Below the pieces are notes generated by a model, which was given only the letters and a program-made list of their open reading frames with translations, was not told where the DNA came from and searched no databases. A program made the translations under genes and the position numbers. This document shows positions 11,770-23,936 of a stretch of DNA of 64,000 nucleotides, one piece after another (positions within the stretch are counted from its first letter, which is position 1; every line of letters starts with the position of its first letter). Origin of the DNA: Takakia lepidozioides (lineage: Eukaryota; Plantae; Bryophyta); the NCBI GenBank assembly GCA_030704615.1, contig CM060732.1, positions 25,544,001 to 25,608,000 on the forward strand, read 5' to 3'.

Positions 11770-12700
11770 ATCCAGGTCAAGCAATTTAGATCCATTGCTT
11801 GCCCCAACACCTAACGACGTGATGCCTCAGAAAGAGAAGGCACCGCCGTGGTCCCAGTGGAAAAACCCATAGCCCGCTCTCGCTCGTCGGCATTAGGCTC
11901 CACTAACTGCTGCAACTGAGCATCCCATAGGAGGCCAAGTCCACTATCCCGGAAAGCATGTGATCCTTGGAAGCTGAGCAGTGTAGATAGTGCTGCTCGT
12001 GGTTGACCCACCTTGTTGACCATTGCCAAAGGCGAACGGTCATCGTGTCTCACACGCTGAGACTGCCTCCCTGTGTCCAACATGCTATCCACTGTGAGGT
12101 GTGCTGGCCGCTGCACCCCATCAAATGCACGCTTGAGCAGTGCGGGTGGCATCAAGTTAGTCCACCATAACCGTGGGTGTGCATCAAGTCTGGTCGTGGC
12201 TTGGGTCAGCAGTGTTGCTAGATGCAGCTGTAGTGGGGTCACGGACCCTGGCCCGAGAATCGCCCATCAGTGGCACATTCTCCAAGATGTATGCTGGAGA
12301 TACAGCCTGATGAAGCTGTAAGTGGCGCAAAACCCGCACCATCTCCCAAAACAGACCCGACCTCGAGTCTCGCAATCCATTGCCATGCCTGGCTGATGAA
12401 TGCCCTTGGCAGGGCCAACAAGCCACTACCAAATCAATGAAGCCAACCCGCTCCAAATCCTGCGCCCCCAGCAAAGAGATGTCTGCTGGCAAGGCCTGCT
12501 GATATCCACGAACCGCAGACACCGGCAACAATTCAGGGTACTGCTGCACCAACTGAGCAACATGACGGAGTGAGACGCGTCATGCAATCTCATCCTTCTC
12601 CACATACAAGTAACGTCGTACTCGTACACCTGCCTATAGAACAGCAGCCAATCCGGTGATGATCCCGCCAAACAAGTCCAGAAGGCAAATGCCTTCATCC
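11770..12700 (-). pseudogene. C5-cytosine DNA methyltransferase domain (DNMT3-like) within the retrotransposon polyprotein
   Basis: Motif I LLDLFGGIITG, II YVEKD, III ADI, IV DLVVACWPCQGHS, V GLRDSRSGLF, VI YILENV, VIII HPRLWWTN, IX ERERAMGF and X LGQAMD, in canonical order. Stops at 12634, 12580 and 11811; rearranged near 12190-12240. Confidence 0.9.
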
Positions 12701-13750
12701 GAACACTGCCACACGATCGGTGTGGTGTCCAATGGTGACAATTGAGGTGGTCCTGGTGCAATCCCCGCACTGTCCTCCTCTCTTGACGGTACAAAAGCCT
12801 CTACCCAGGCTTGTTGCACACGCCAATCAGCAACCCGCTGCAAATTCTTGCTCGAGCCCCACAATGGAGTGTGAGCAACCATGGCAGGCAACTCCGCCAT
12901 ACCATACATGTCATCCTGCTCTTCCGGAGGCGACACATCATCTGAATGAGTGTTGCCATCCAATAACTCTCCAGGCCAAGTCACTGCAGCTGTGAATGCT
13001 GCCAGTGTTGGCATCTTGCCTCGCTGGGCAACCGCAACTCCTCCTATGAACGTCACAGGGAGCGCCAGTACTTCTTGCCTGCCGGTCCACTCAAACAGAA
13101 AATGCCATCCTGGTTGTCTAACATGACAACTCCAGGTGTCACCATGGCGCGCTCAATGGTTGGCCTAGCTGGCAGCTCCATCAACCTGGTAGCTGCAGCT
13201 TGCCATGGCGCCGCCGTGGCAGTCTTGACCCTCACATCCGAGGATCCCTCCGGCACTACACCTCCCACTATCTCCGCAGAAGATGAAGTAATCTCCCCAC
13301 TCTCACAGAGTATAGCTGCCAGCCTGAACACCTCAGCTGGTCTTACCCCCGGCGTCGCAATCATGGTAGCTGAGAACAATGGAGCCTGGCACACAGCTGT
13401 GGCCGCCCCCAGCAGCACACTAGCTGCCGTAGCCTTGGCAACACTAGGTAGTGGTGCTGCCCGTGTAGCTCTCCCCAATGGCATAGTAACCTCCGCCTCG
13501 GTAACAGTCGGGCGAGAACTAGGTGCCATGGACGGCGTCGACACTATCTCCGCCAATGTGAATGACTGAGGAAGCCTGGCCTGACGGCTTGCCTCCCCAC
13601 GTTGTGGATCCAACTCCACCTCCGCACCCCGTGGCTCAGGAACTCGTGCTGCTCCTCGAGTCACTGCCGCAGCTGACTCCACTTGCACTAGTGGTAGTCC
13701 TGCCCTGCACATAGTGGTAGTGGTAGTGGCACCCCTCACTAGTGGTAGTG

Positions 13751-14605
13751 TGTTAGAGGGCTGCTTGGGACTTAGACGTTTTTTTATGGGTTCTGTAGGG
13801 TACCCTTAATTTTTGCGCAGACTGAGATCAACAGGAGCTTTAGGGGAGGTAGCAGCAGGCTTTAGGGAGGTCACATAGCCCAGCACAGCTTTACACAGCC
13901 AGTCACAGCCCGACACAGCCCGACACATCCCAGCACAGCTTTACACAGCCAGTCACAGCTCGGCACAGCTTGACACAGCCTGTCACAGTACATAGAGAAC
14001 AATTATCATTAACAGGGAACGACATCTGCACATGGAACGAGTTACTTCAGGGATGACGGTTAGTTAGTTAGGTGATTAGAAGAGCTTGCGGGTAGATAAG
14101 GAGAGCGGCAACGAAAAGAGGGGGACTTCATGGGGAGCACTTCTGGGTCATGCATGAGAGGAGATCAGGCGGAGAGGAAGAACGAGAGCACGGAGAAGCA
14201 GGAGAGATGAACAGTAGATGTTTGTTACTTGCAAAGCTGGAGTGATACTGTAGGGCGGATTAGTGTCACCATGGCATTGGCCTTATACTGATAAATCATA
14301 ATTTGATACTTATTCGATACAATCGCACTGCGTAGAGAGACATGAGTGAAGATGTGGAATGAATGCATGATTAACGGGAAATTAGTAGATACTGAAGCAA
14401 TCTGATGCTTCAGTATACACGGTAAGGTAAATTGATAACATGAAGGTGAGAAGGAATACAAATAGGAAGCACAACCATGATACAGTAGCTGCAGGTCATG
14501 ACTGATTGTTCTGAGCGGGCTGAGTGCTTAGAGATATCCAACTCTTCTATCTTGGAGTTTCCACCTCGGATAGCGAAGGGATGGGTGAGTAAAAGCCGCT
14601 CGACA
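13751..14605 (+). repeat. 5' LTR (855 bp)
   Basis: Direct repeat of 22989-23936; contains a CACAGC-based ~10-bp array. Confidence 0.97.
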
Positions 14606-15217
14606 TTTGGCGACCATACTGGGGAACTGGGTCATGAACAGCCAGATGTGACAGGCATCTGGTGGAATCATGGTGGTTGGAGAATTAAAGAATTTGATGT
14701 GAATCAAATTCCCTGTAAAACTGAGAAGGAAAGATTGTCCAAACAATTCTTTCAGAGGTTCTTGGAATTGCCAAACGGTTGTAAAGAAAACATTCTTAAG
14801 AGAGTGCATGATGCTGACCCTGAGTGGGATCTGGAGAAAGGAGTGATAAAGATTTATCAGGTGGCCTGTAGAGGAAGAGCACGTTGGTTACCAACACTGG
14901 TTTATGTGATAGCATTGCTATCCATTACGCGAGTAGAGTTTGAAGGCTGGGAGGAAATGAAGGTGAATGTTTATACTCATATGCATGAGGAGCTTGTACT
15001 AGTAAAGAATTGGATTCCAAAGGATGTTCTGTGAATCAAACTCACACCAAGAACAGCTTTCCAGACTTGTTTGCCATATGGTTATATGGTAACGGAGACT
15101 TCTAGTATAGCCAAGGGTGCATTGAAGCTTGAAAGAAACCCAGGCATATACGAGAGATACTACAGAAGAGAGTTTTGGTTATTGCCACATTAAAGAAATG
15201 AAAGACATAGGACATGA

Positions 15218-18200
15218 GTGATGAAAGAGAGTAGGCCTGGTGGTTATAACAATGGCATGGAAGGGAGAGGTAATCCAAGAGGGAATTACCAAGGAAATTC
15301 TAGAGGCAACTATCAGGGTAATCCAAGGGGGAATTACCAGCCAGGGAATCAGGATTACAGAACAATTCCAGAACAGACCAAGGGCGAGGACCTAATGGGG
15401 AAGAACTGTGTTACTATTGTAATCAGGTAGGCCATCGCAAGGCAGTCTGTCCATTCTGGATCAGACACCAGGATGAGATGAGAGCTCCTGTGAATGAGGG
15501 GCCAGTGGTGGCAGCTCACATGGTTAGGCCGTGTGTTGTACCAGAAGTAAGTACAATGATAGTAACGAGAAGCAAAGCCAAACTAATACCTCCAGTAGAT
15601 GAGGAAGATGATGATAATGAAGATGGCAGTGATGTGCCTGAAGATGATGAGGCTTGGAGAGATGAGAAGGAACTGCACAAGGAAGTGGCAGATACCATAA
15701 AGGAAATGCAGAAGAGTACTGATATTCCTATGGCAGATTCCTCTGATTCTGAAAGAGAATAGGAAGTGAGTGAGGATAAAGGGAAGAAAGAAGCTGCAGA
15801 CATGCAGAGTAATGAAGGGACTTTGGCTGAAGTAATATGCCAGTCCAGAGGGGAGATTACCATTGGACAGCTATTGGCTGTAACACCATATTGTAGACAC
15901 AGGCTGTATCAAGCAATCAATCGAATTGCCCATATGACAGGGAACACAGACCTGAACAGCAAGGTGACCAGTTATAATGTGAAGCCGGAAGGGCGAGAAA
16001 CAGTCATGGACTTTGATGATTCTATGCCAGTAATCCAATTGAGAATTGGAAGCACAGAACTAACTGATGTACTGATAGATGGAGGCTCTGGAGTGAATAT
16101 CATGACAGACCAATTAAGGCAGAAGCTTGGTCTAAGTAACATGAAACCAGCCCCATTTACAATAACAATGGCAGATCAAAGAAGTGTACAGCCATTGGGA
16201 TTGATAAGAGGAGTTAAGATACAGATTCAAAAGATGATCTTTATGATCACACTAACTGTGTTGAAAATGGATGAAGTCATGGAAGCTTACTCCTTATTGT
16301 TGGGACGTCCGTGGCTGAAACAGGCCAGGGTATTCCATGACTGGAATTCCCAGTTACTAACTGTGCATGATGGGATGCACAAGATACAAATTACCACTAA
16401 GAAATCTAGTAGATTACCTGCTACTAGAAGACCTCGAGGGGTTAGGGAGTATGACTGGAGGGAAGGACTTGATGAGGAGCAGGAAGCTACCCTGTTTGCT
16501 GCACACCCAAAGTGGGAGCAGGTTGCAGAGATGCAGCTGGAAGGCCTAAGTTGTTTAAAAGGTATCTGCTGTGGTGTAGTGACAGCAACACCAGTTGAGG
16601 GTGAAACAAGCAGTTACCCACCACATTTCTATGAAGAAAGAAATGGAGAAATGGAAATCCTAGAGGAACCAGCCACTGTGAGTTTACAGGATGAAGTGGT
16701 GACTGGTTGGACAATCACAACTGATGAGCAGGTGAGAGAAGTGAATGTGGGAACTGAAGAGGAACGGAGGATGGTGAAGGTAGGGGCTGATTTGGAGCCA
16801 CAATTCTTTGAGGAAGCTAAGAGTTTGTTCATCAAATACAGAGATGTATTTGCTTGGAGTTACGAGGATCTAAAAGGGATACCACCTAAGATCTGTCAGC
16901 ATAAGATTGAACTGGAACCAGGGTCAGTACCAATCAAACAGGCAAGGTACATAATGAATCCCAACTATGCACAGAAGGTTGGAGAAGAGATCGAGAAGTT
17001 GGCTGAGGCTAAGTTTATATACCCGATAGAGTATACAACTTGGTTGTCACCCATTGTGATAGTTCCCAAGAAGAATGGTAAACTGAGAGTTTGTGTGAAC
17101 TATAAGAAGTTGAATGCTTGCACGAAGAAAGATCCTTTTCCCTTGCCATTCACAGAAGCGGTATTGGACACTGTGGCAGGCCATGAGATGTACTCATTCA
17201 TGGATGGCTTCAGTGGTTATAATCAAGTGCAAGTGGCAGAAGAAGACCAGGGAAAGACATCTTTCATCACAGACTGGGGTGCTTATGCATACAAAGTCAT
17301 GCCTTTTGGACTTTGTAATGCACCAGCAACCTTTCAGAGAGTGATAAGTGAATCTTTTCATGAGTATCTGGATGATTTCATGTAGGTGTTCTTGGATGAT
17401 TTCAGTGTGTACAGCTCTCAGAATGAGCACTTGCATAAATTGGAGTTATGTTTGGCCAGATGCAGGATGAGAGGTCTGGGCCTGAATCCAGAGAAGTGTA
17501 CTTTATGTGTGAACTCAGGGGTGCTTTTGGGACACATTGTGTAAAAGAGGGGACTTCTTGTGGATCCCAGGAAGACAGAGGCTATTAAAGCCTCTCCACC
17601 ACCAGTAAATGTTAAAAGTCTAAGGAGATTCCTTGGACAAACCAGTTATTACAGAAGATTTGTCAAAAGGTATGCACAGATAGCAGCACCATTGAGCAAG
17701 CTTCTGAAGAAAGATGCAGTGTTTGCATGGACAGCTGAATGTCAACAGGCTTTTGAGGAACTTACATTGTCAGTAACAACTACACTTGTGCTGATTAACC
17801 CTCACTGGCATGTAGTATTTCATGTACATTGTGATGCCTCAGGAGAAGCGTTGGGAGCGGTGTTAGCCCAAAATGTGTACTATGCTAGCAGGTTGATGAA
17901 CAGTGCTGAAAGGAACTATAGCACAACTGAAAGAGAAGCACTGGCAATGATTTATGCAGTCAAGAAATTCAGGCATTACCTATTGGGAAGAAAGTTTATG
18001 TTTTATGTGGATCACCAGGCTCTGATATATCTGGTGAACAAACCTTTGATAAGTGGAAGGATAGCAAGGTGGTTAATAATCTTGCACGAGTTTGAGTTCA
18101 AAGTTGTTTACAAGCCTGGCCCTTTGCATCTTATGGCAGATCATTTGTCACGCCTAACAACAGGAGAGCCCGCCACAGGAGTAGACGACCAATTACCTGA

Positions 18201-19470
18201 TGCGAGTTTATTTGCAATGGAGGTGCAGGGAAGTGCAGATGAATGGTTAGATTGGCAGTGGCCAATCAGATACTACCTTACTCATGGTCAGTGCCCACCT
18301 AGTTATGGTAAGGAGCAGAGGAAGAGAATCGCTATCAAGGCTTTACCTTATACTATGGTAGGGGGCAGAATGTATAAGCTAGGACCTGATGGAGTACTTA
18401 AACAATGCTTGTACCACCATGAAGTAAATAAAGTTTTGGAGGAAGTTCATAAAGGAGTAGCTAGAGGTCATTTTGAAGAAGAGACTACCAGTAGGAAGAT
18501 ACTACTTGCAGGTTATTGGTGGCCTACTTTGTTCAAAGATGTACACAAGTATTGTCAGAGTTGTGCTGAGTGTCAGAGGCTAGGACCTGTAGAGATTTGG
18601 GAAGATGGCTTTGCATCCTACAATGCCTACTGAACCATTTCAGAAATGGGGACTAGACTTTGTTGGACCAATTAATCCACCAGCCAAGAACACACAGAAC
18701 AAGTACATAATTACAGCCACTGATTATACTACGAAGTGGGTGGAAGCTAAAGCTCTGAGGGACAACACAGCCAAGTCCACAACAAGGTTCCTGTATGAGA
18801 ACATACTTACACGATTTGGCTGTCCCCTGGAATTTATCAGTGACCAGGGAAGTATGAGACCATTGAACTATTGACTAAGGAGTTCATGATTGTGCATAGG
18901 AAGAGTACAACATATTACCCACAGGGTAATGGGCAGGCAGAGGCTACCAACAAAATACTATGTACTATCTTGGCTAAGATAGTCAATGCAAACAGAACGG
19001 ATTGGGATACAAAGCTGCTGACAGCTTTGTGGTCATACATGACTTCATATAAAGTCACCACTAAGTATACACCATTCCAATTAGTTTATGGTATGGAAGC
19101 TTTACTTCCAGTGGAATTCTTGTTACCTACCATGAGAACTGAATGGGGAAGGAGAATGGAATTGGAAGATTCAATTAAGGTCAGGAAACATGACTTATAT
19201 CATGTAGAAGAAGTATGTGCTGATGCAGCTGATAACATGACCAGAATTCAGATGAAGAGGAAGGAACAGTTAGATGAAGGTAAATTAAAGACTTTTAAAA
19301 CGGGAGATTTGGTTCTGTGGTTGCAGAAGAAGGGGAAGATTTAAGCTTCTAAGCTTAAATCACCATGGAAATGACCTTATGTTATACAGAAGATGTATGA
19401 TAACAACACCGCCATGTTACAAACCATTAACAAAGAAATGCTGGGAAGAGGCAATGCCAATAAGTTGAAA
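15218..19470 (+). pseudogene. gag remnant and pol (PR-RT-RH-IN) of the nested element
   Basis: CYYCNQVGHRKAVC knuckle; protease LIDGGSG; MDGFSGYNQ; M*VFLDDF; CDAS; WGLDFVGP; YYPQGNGQAE. Several stops and frameshifts. Confidence 0.95.
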
Positions 19471-20500
19471 GGGTACAATGGTATCCATGACAAACCATTG
19501 CAGCACGATTTGCATGTTGAAACGCAAAAACAGTCACGGGCTGCGCCAGTGATACCAACGGAGTATGAAGCACTTGTCGCTAAGCGGAGCGTATATGACC
19601 AGGGTGGGAAGTACAGGTGTTCGCATAGCTATCACAGCCCATCACAGCGTGACACAGCCTATCACAGCCTATCACAGCCCACCATAGTGCCACACAACCT
19701 GTCACAGCCCAACATAGCCCATGCAGGTTACACAGTCCATAGGGTCAGTGACAGGTGGACGCGAATTAACGTTAGAAAAGTGGCCATCAAGTGAAGAAAA
19801 AGTTTGGAAGTCAAACTTGGAGAATGTGCCACGCGGAGAGGGGAAGTCAGGGGCATGTTTAGAAACGGACACGTGGCCACTAAGGCGAAGCACACCGCAC
19901 TGCATCGATTGCAAAAGTGGGTTTCATCATGCAAGAGGACAAATAGGGCCGTCAAAGTACCTACCCGGTACAGCAGCTAATACTAATTGTGGGCCCATTA
20001 ATGCATTCAGTGTAAGGGTAACGGAACCCTTTTTGAGTACAGAAAAGGGAAACCTATGCCACATGTGCTGTCCTACTGGACATTCCAGGTGGGAATGTCC
20101 ATGGAGGGGGGTGGAATTAAGAAATTACCTAAGCAATCCACAGCCAATCAGGAGTGAGAATTACATACAGGTGGTTCCCTCCAAGAAACAAGAACAAGAA
20201 ATAGGAAGTGTTATGAGCGGAAGAGTCGGAGTGGCTCTGAATAGCCAAGGTTTCGACAGAAGGGGCAATCAAAGCACTAGCTTTGTAGCTATGGCAGATG
20301 TAACGGATTACATACTCGCTATACTTCTCACGCAGTGGCGCAAGGACGGATGCATTGAGAGTATATTTTCTCTCACTCGATACTTGCAAGCCCCACAGGC
20401 TTACACGCACTTACCTGTTCCATTCTGTGCCAACCATACCTTCATGCTCTGTGCCCTGCAAGCTTTCCTGTTTCAAACAAAGCCTTTTTGTTTGTCTAGA

Positions 20501-22270
20501 ATGAAGAGAGTGAGGGGAATGGAGGATATCAGGGTGAAGAGCACCACGATTCTGTAGAAGCAAACAATTGCAGCACCGCAGGCACTACAGCTGCTAAGGG
20601 AGTTGCGATTGGAGGGGCTGCTACGCAAGGACTGGTCCTTGCATCATCGGCGGTATATGATTCAATTTCTTCAGAACTTTGAGCCTCGGACGGGAGTTAC
20701 CCAGGTGAGGGGAGTAGACATAGAAATTACTCCCCAGTACCTGTAGCAATTGTTTGATTTGCCATCAAGTCATGTGGATGTGGATGAGCACAGGGCAAGA
20801 TTGCAGATAGGGAATTTGTTCCAAGAAGGGAGTTTATTTAAAACTCAAGGTTACGCTTGTACCAAAGCCGAGTACCCAGGGCTTAGGGAAGTTGGCCAAA
20901 TATTGAACGTTCTGTTTGCCATGAAACAGAACCAACAGTATTTGAGCAGGTCATTCACAGAGAAGATCCTGAAAGCTTTGAGGGGAGAGGATGTCGCTTG
21001 GGCAGAGTTAATGTACAATGGACTGGTGGACAAGATGAAGAGGTTGCAGGGCACTGTTGCTAAGTCTCCGATCATTGTGTCTGGTCCAGTCATTGCCCAA
21101 ATCATTCTTGATTCTTGCATACTTGATACTCAGGAACGTAAGGAGATGGGAGTGTTTGAGGCAGAAATCACTGCAATTGAAGAGCAGGGCTCTTCACATA
21201 GTGAAGGTGGACTGGCAGGGAAACACCAGTCTAAGAGACAGAGGCGGGGTATGACTGTAGTGGCGGATCCACTGGCTTCACGGAAACCGCACGAGAATAT
21301 TTCCCAAGCTCTTGTGCAGGATGGGGCACAACAGCACAGAGAGCTGTTATTATTGGAAGCACGGCCTTCGGAAAGGGAAGAGGAAGTCACTTCGATACCA
21401 CAGCCACCACAACCAATTGACTCAGTTGTTTTAGAGGTTCCACAGTTAGTACATGCTGTGACATCACCCCCAATCGCTCTGGAAGGAGAAAGGTTGGACA
21501 TTCCCACTACAGAGCAGGTCGTGGCCGAAATTGAGAAGGGTGATCTTCTCTATGAAAACTCTGGCTTGGTAGGGGAATCAGTGGTTCCAGAGGTGCAGCG
21601 GTTGTCCAGGGAAAACCTTGCTGTGCATGTAGTACCCACACCTGTGATGGAGGTACCAAGGGTAGAATATCAGGACACTGCAGCACCTGTGGAGGATGAG
21701 GTGGTTCAGGAAGAAAATTTGGTGGGGCAATGGCCTGAATGGTTGGTGAGGCATCACACTGTGGAGGATCAGGGAGAATAACAGCAAGTTCACCATGATG
21801 ACTCTCAGCAGGACATGCTTATGAGTTCCATAAGCAGAACACTTAATTTGTTGGGCACTTATGTGAAATCCCATGTTCCATCTATCCAATTGGCAGCTTT
21901 GAGGGAGGAACTCAGGAAGGAGTTTGAGGCTCGAATTGCCACTGAGTGTGCTAACAAGGTTGATGAGGAGATCAATCTCAAGTTACAGCAAGAGTTATAG
22001 GACACAAAGGCTGCTTTGCAGTTGGCCAAGGGACATTTGATTGAAGCAGGCCTCGAGCAGGACCAGTTGCATGAAGCACATAAGCAACAGTTATACCAAA
22101 TGCAGGTGAAGCATGAAGGCAAGTTGCAAGAAGTGAATGTACTACATATAGAGTTGTAGGCAGAACATGAAAAGATGACCATACAATGTGCTACACTCAC
22201 AACTACTCTTGAGCAAACTGCATTAGAAGTTAACAGACAATGCTGCTTGTTTTCTGGCACGCTATCACAT
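20501..22270 (+). pseudogene. Extra 3' ORF of the nested element (plant transposon-protein-like N-terminus plus coiled coil)
   Basis: One frame through in-frame stops at 20555, 20744, 21779, 21998 and 22157. QFLQNF..VRGVDIEIT..LFDLP..GEDVAWAELM..GPVIAQII resembles the extra ORFs of Athila/Tat elements. Confidence 0.6.
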
Positions 22271-22988
22271 TGAGCAGCAAAAGATGCAATCACGATTTCT
22301 GAGTTATTCCAGTGGGGATCATTGGGTCTTACCTTCAGTGCCACCTCATATGTACCTATATGATGCAAAAGTTATGATGCAAAAGGATTCACAACTTCGT
22401 TCATGGTTTCATTCGGCTTGGAACAATTTGACAACACAGAAATTCGGCCCGGAGGATATTTTTTTTAAGGGACATGAAGCCTGGACATACTTACACTGTT
22501 CCAAAGTCATTGGCACACCTCTCACCTATACGGATAAGGCGTTCAGGGTGTTCACTAATTTTTCAATTAAGCGCTTACAACAAGTTGTACAGTTTAAACT
22601 TCCAGACATGGTGGGATCACATTGTATGCCATACAGGATTCCAGTTAAAGTTCGGCCGTTAAAACACCTCAGGGGGGACGAGGATTCTGATACTACTGTT
22701 TCTTCTGCGGACTCTTTTGACATGGCCGAAGACTATGCACTTCAAATGGCAGAGAAGAAACGACGGGGATCTCCTATGCCTGAGAGATTACCTCGTTATC
22801 AGCCAAAGGAGGGTCGGACATTTCCAAGTAGTGCTCAATCATCTCCATCAGCCAGTGACAGGACTCGGGCTCGCACACGAAGTCCTTCACGGGACTCTCA
22901 CCGTCAAAAGGGTGCTCGCTCACAAAGGTTTGCTAATCCCAAACAGTAAACCGTGAGGACTCGGCTTTTTGAGAGGGGGAGGGGTAAA

Positions 22989-23936
22989 TGTTAGAGGGCT
23001 GCTTGGGACTTAGACGTTTTTTATGGGTTCTGTAGGGTACCCTTAATTTTTGCGCAGACTGAGACCAACAGGAGCTTTAGGGGTGGCAGCAGCAGGCTTT
23101 AGGGGGGTCACACAGCCCAGCACAGCTTTACACAGCCAGTCACAGCTCGACATAGCCCGACACAGCCAGTCATAGCTTTGCACAGCCAGACACAGCCCGA
23201 CACAGCCCGGCACAGCCAGTCACAGCCCGACACAGCTTGACACAGTCCGGCACAGCCTAACACAGCCAGTCACAGCTCGACACAGCTTGACACAGCCTGT
23301 CACAGTACATAGGGAACAATTATCATTAACAAGGAACGACTGTGATGGAACGACATCTGCAGAGGGAACGGGTTACTTCAGGGATGACGGTTAGTTAGTT
23401 AGGTGATTAGAACAGCTTGCGGGTAGATAAAGAGAGCGGCAACGAAAAGAGGGGGACTTCACGGGGAGCGCTTTTGGGTCATGCATGAGAGGAGATCAGG
23501 CGGAGAGGAAGAACGAGAGCACGGAGAAGCAGGAGAGATAAACAGTAGATGCTTGTTACTTGCAAAGCTGGAGTGCTACTGTTGGGCGGATTAGTGTCAC
23601 TATGGCATTGGCCTTATACTGATAAATCATAATTTGATACTTATTCGATACAATCGCACTGCGTAGAGAGACATGAATGAAGCTGTGGAATGAATGCATG
23701 ATTAACATGAAATTAGTAGATACTGAAGCAATCTGATGCTTCAGTATACACGGTAAGGTAAATTGATAACATGAAGACGAGAAGGAATACAAATAGGAAT
23801 CACAACCATGATACACTAGCTGCAGGTCATGACTGATTGTTCTGAGCGGGCTAAGTGCTTAGAGATATCCAACTCTTCTATCTTGGAGTTTCCACCTCGG
23901 ATAGCGAAGGGATGGGTGAGTAAAAGCCGCTCGACA
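22989..23936 (+). repeat. 3' LTR (948 bp)
   Basis: Direct repeat of 13751-14605 with a longer CACAGC array. Confidence 0.97.

Larger units (their letters stand above)
13751..23936 (+). mobile_element. Full-length non-chromovirus Ty3/gypsy (Athila/Tat-like) element nested in the gag of the DNMT element
   Basis: LTRs 13751-14605 and 22989-23936 (TG...CA). Perfect TSD TAGTG at 13746-13750 and 23937-23941. PBS TGGCGACCATACTGGGGA at ~14608; PPT GAGAGGGGGAGGGG at 22971. Confidence 0.97.

Noticed and set aside
14498-15034. 178-aa ORF as an independent gene
   Set aside because: It starts inside the LTR and crosses the PBS; more likely part of the element's gag leader.
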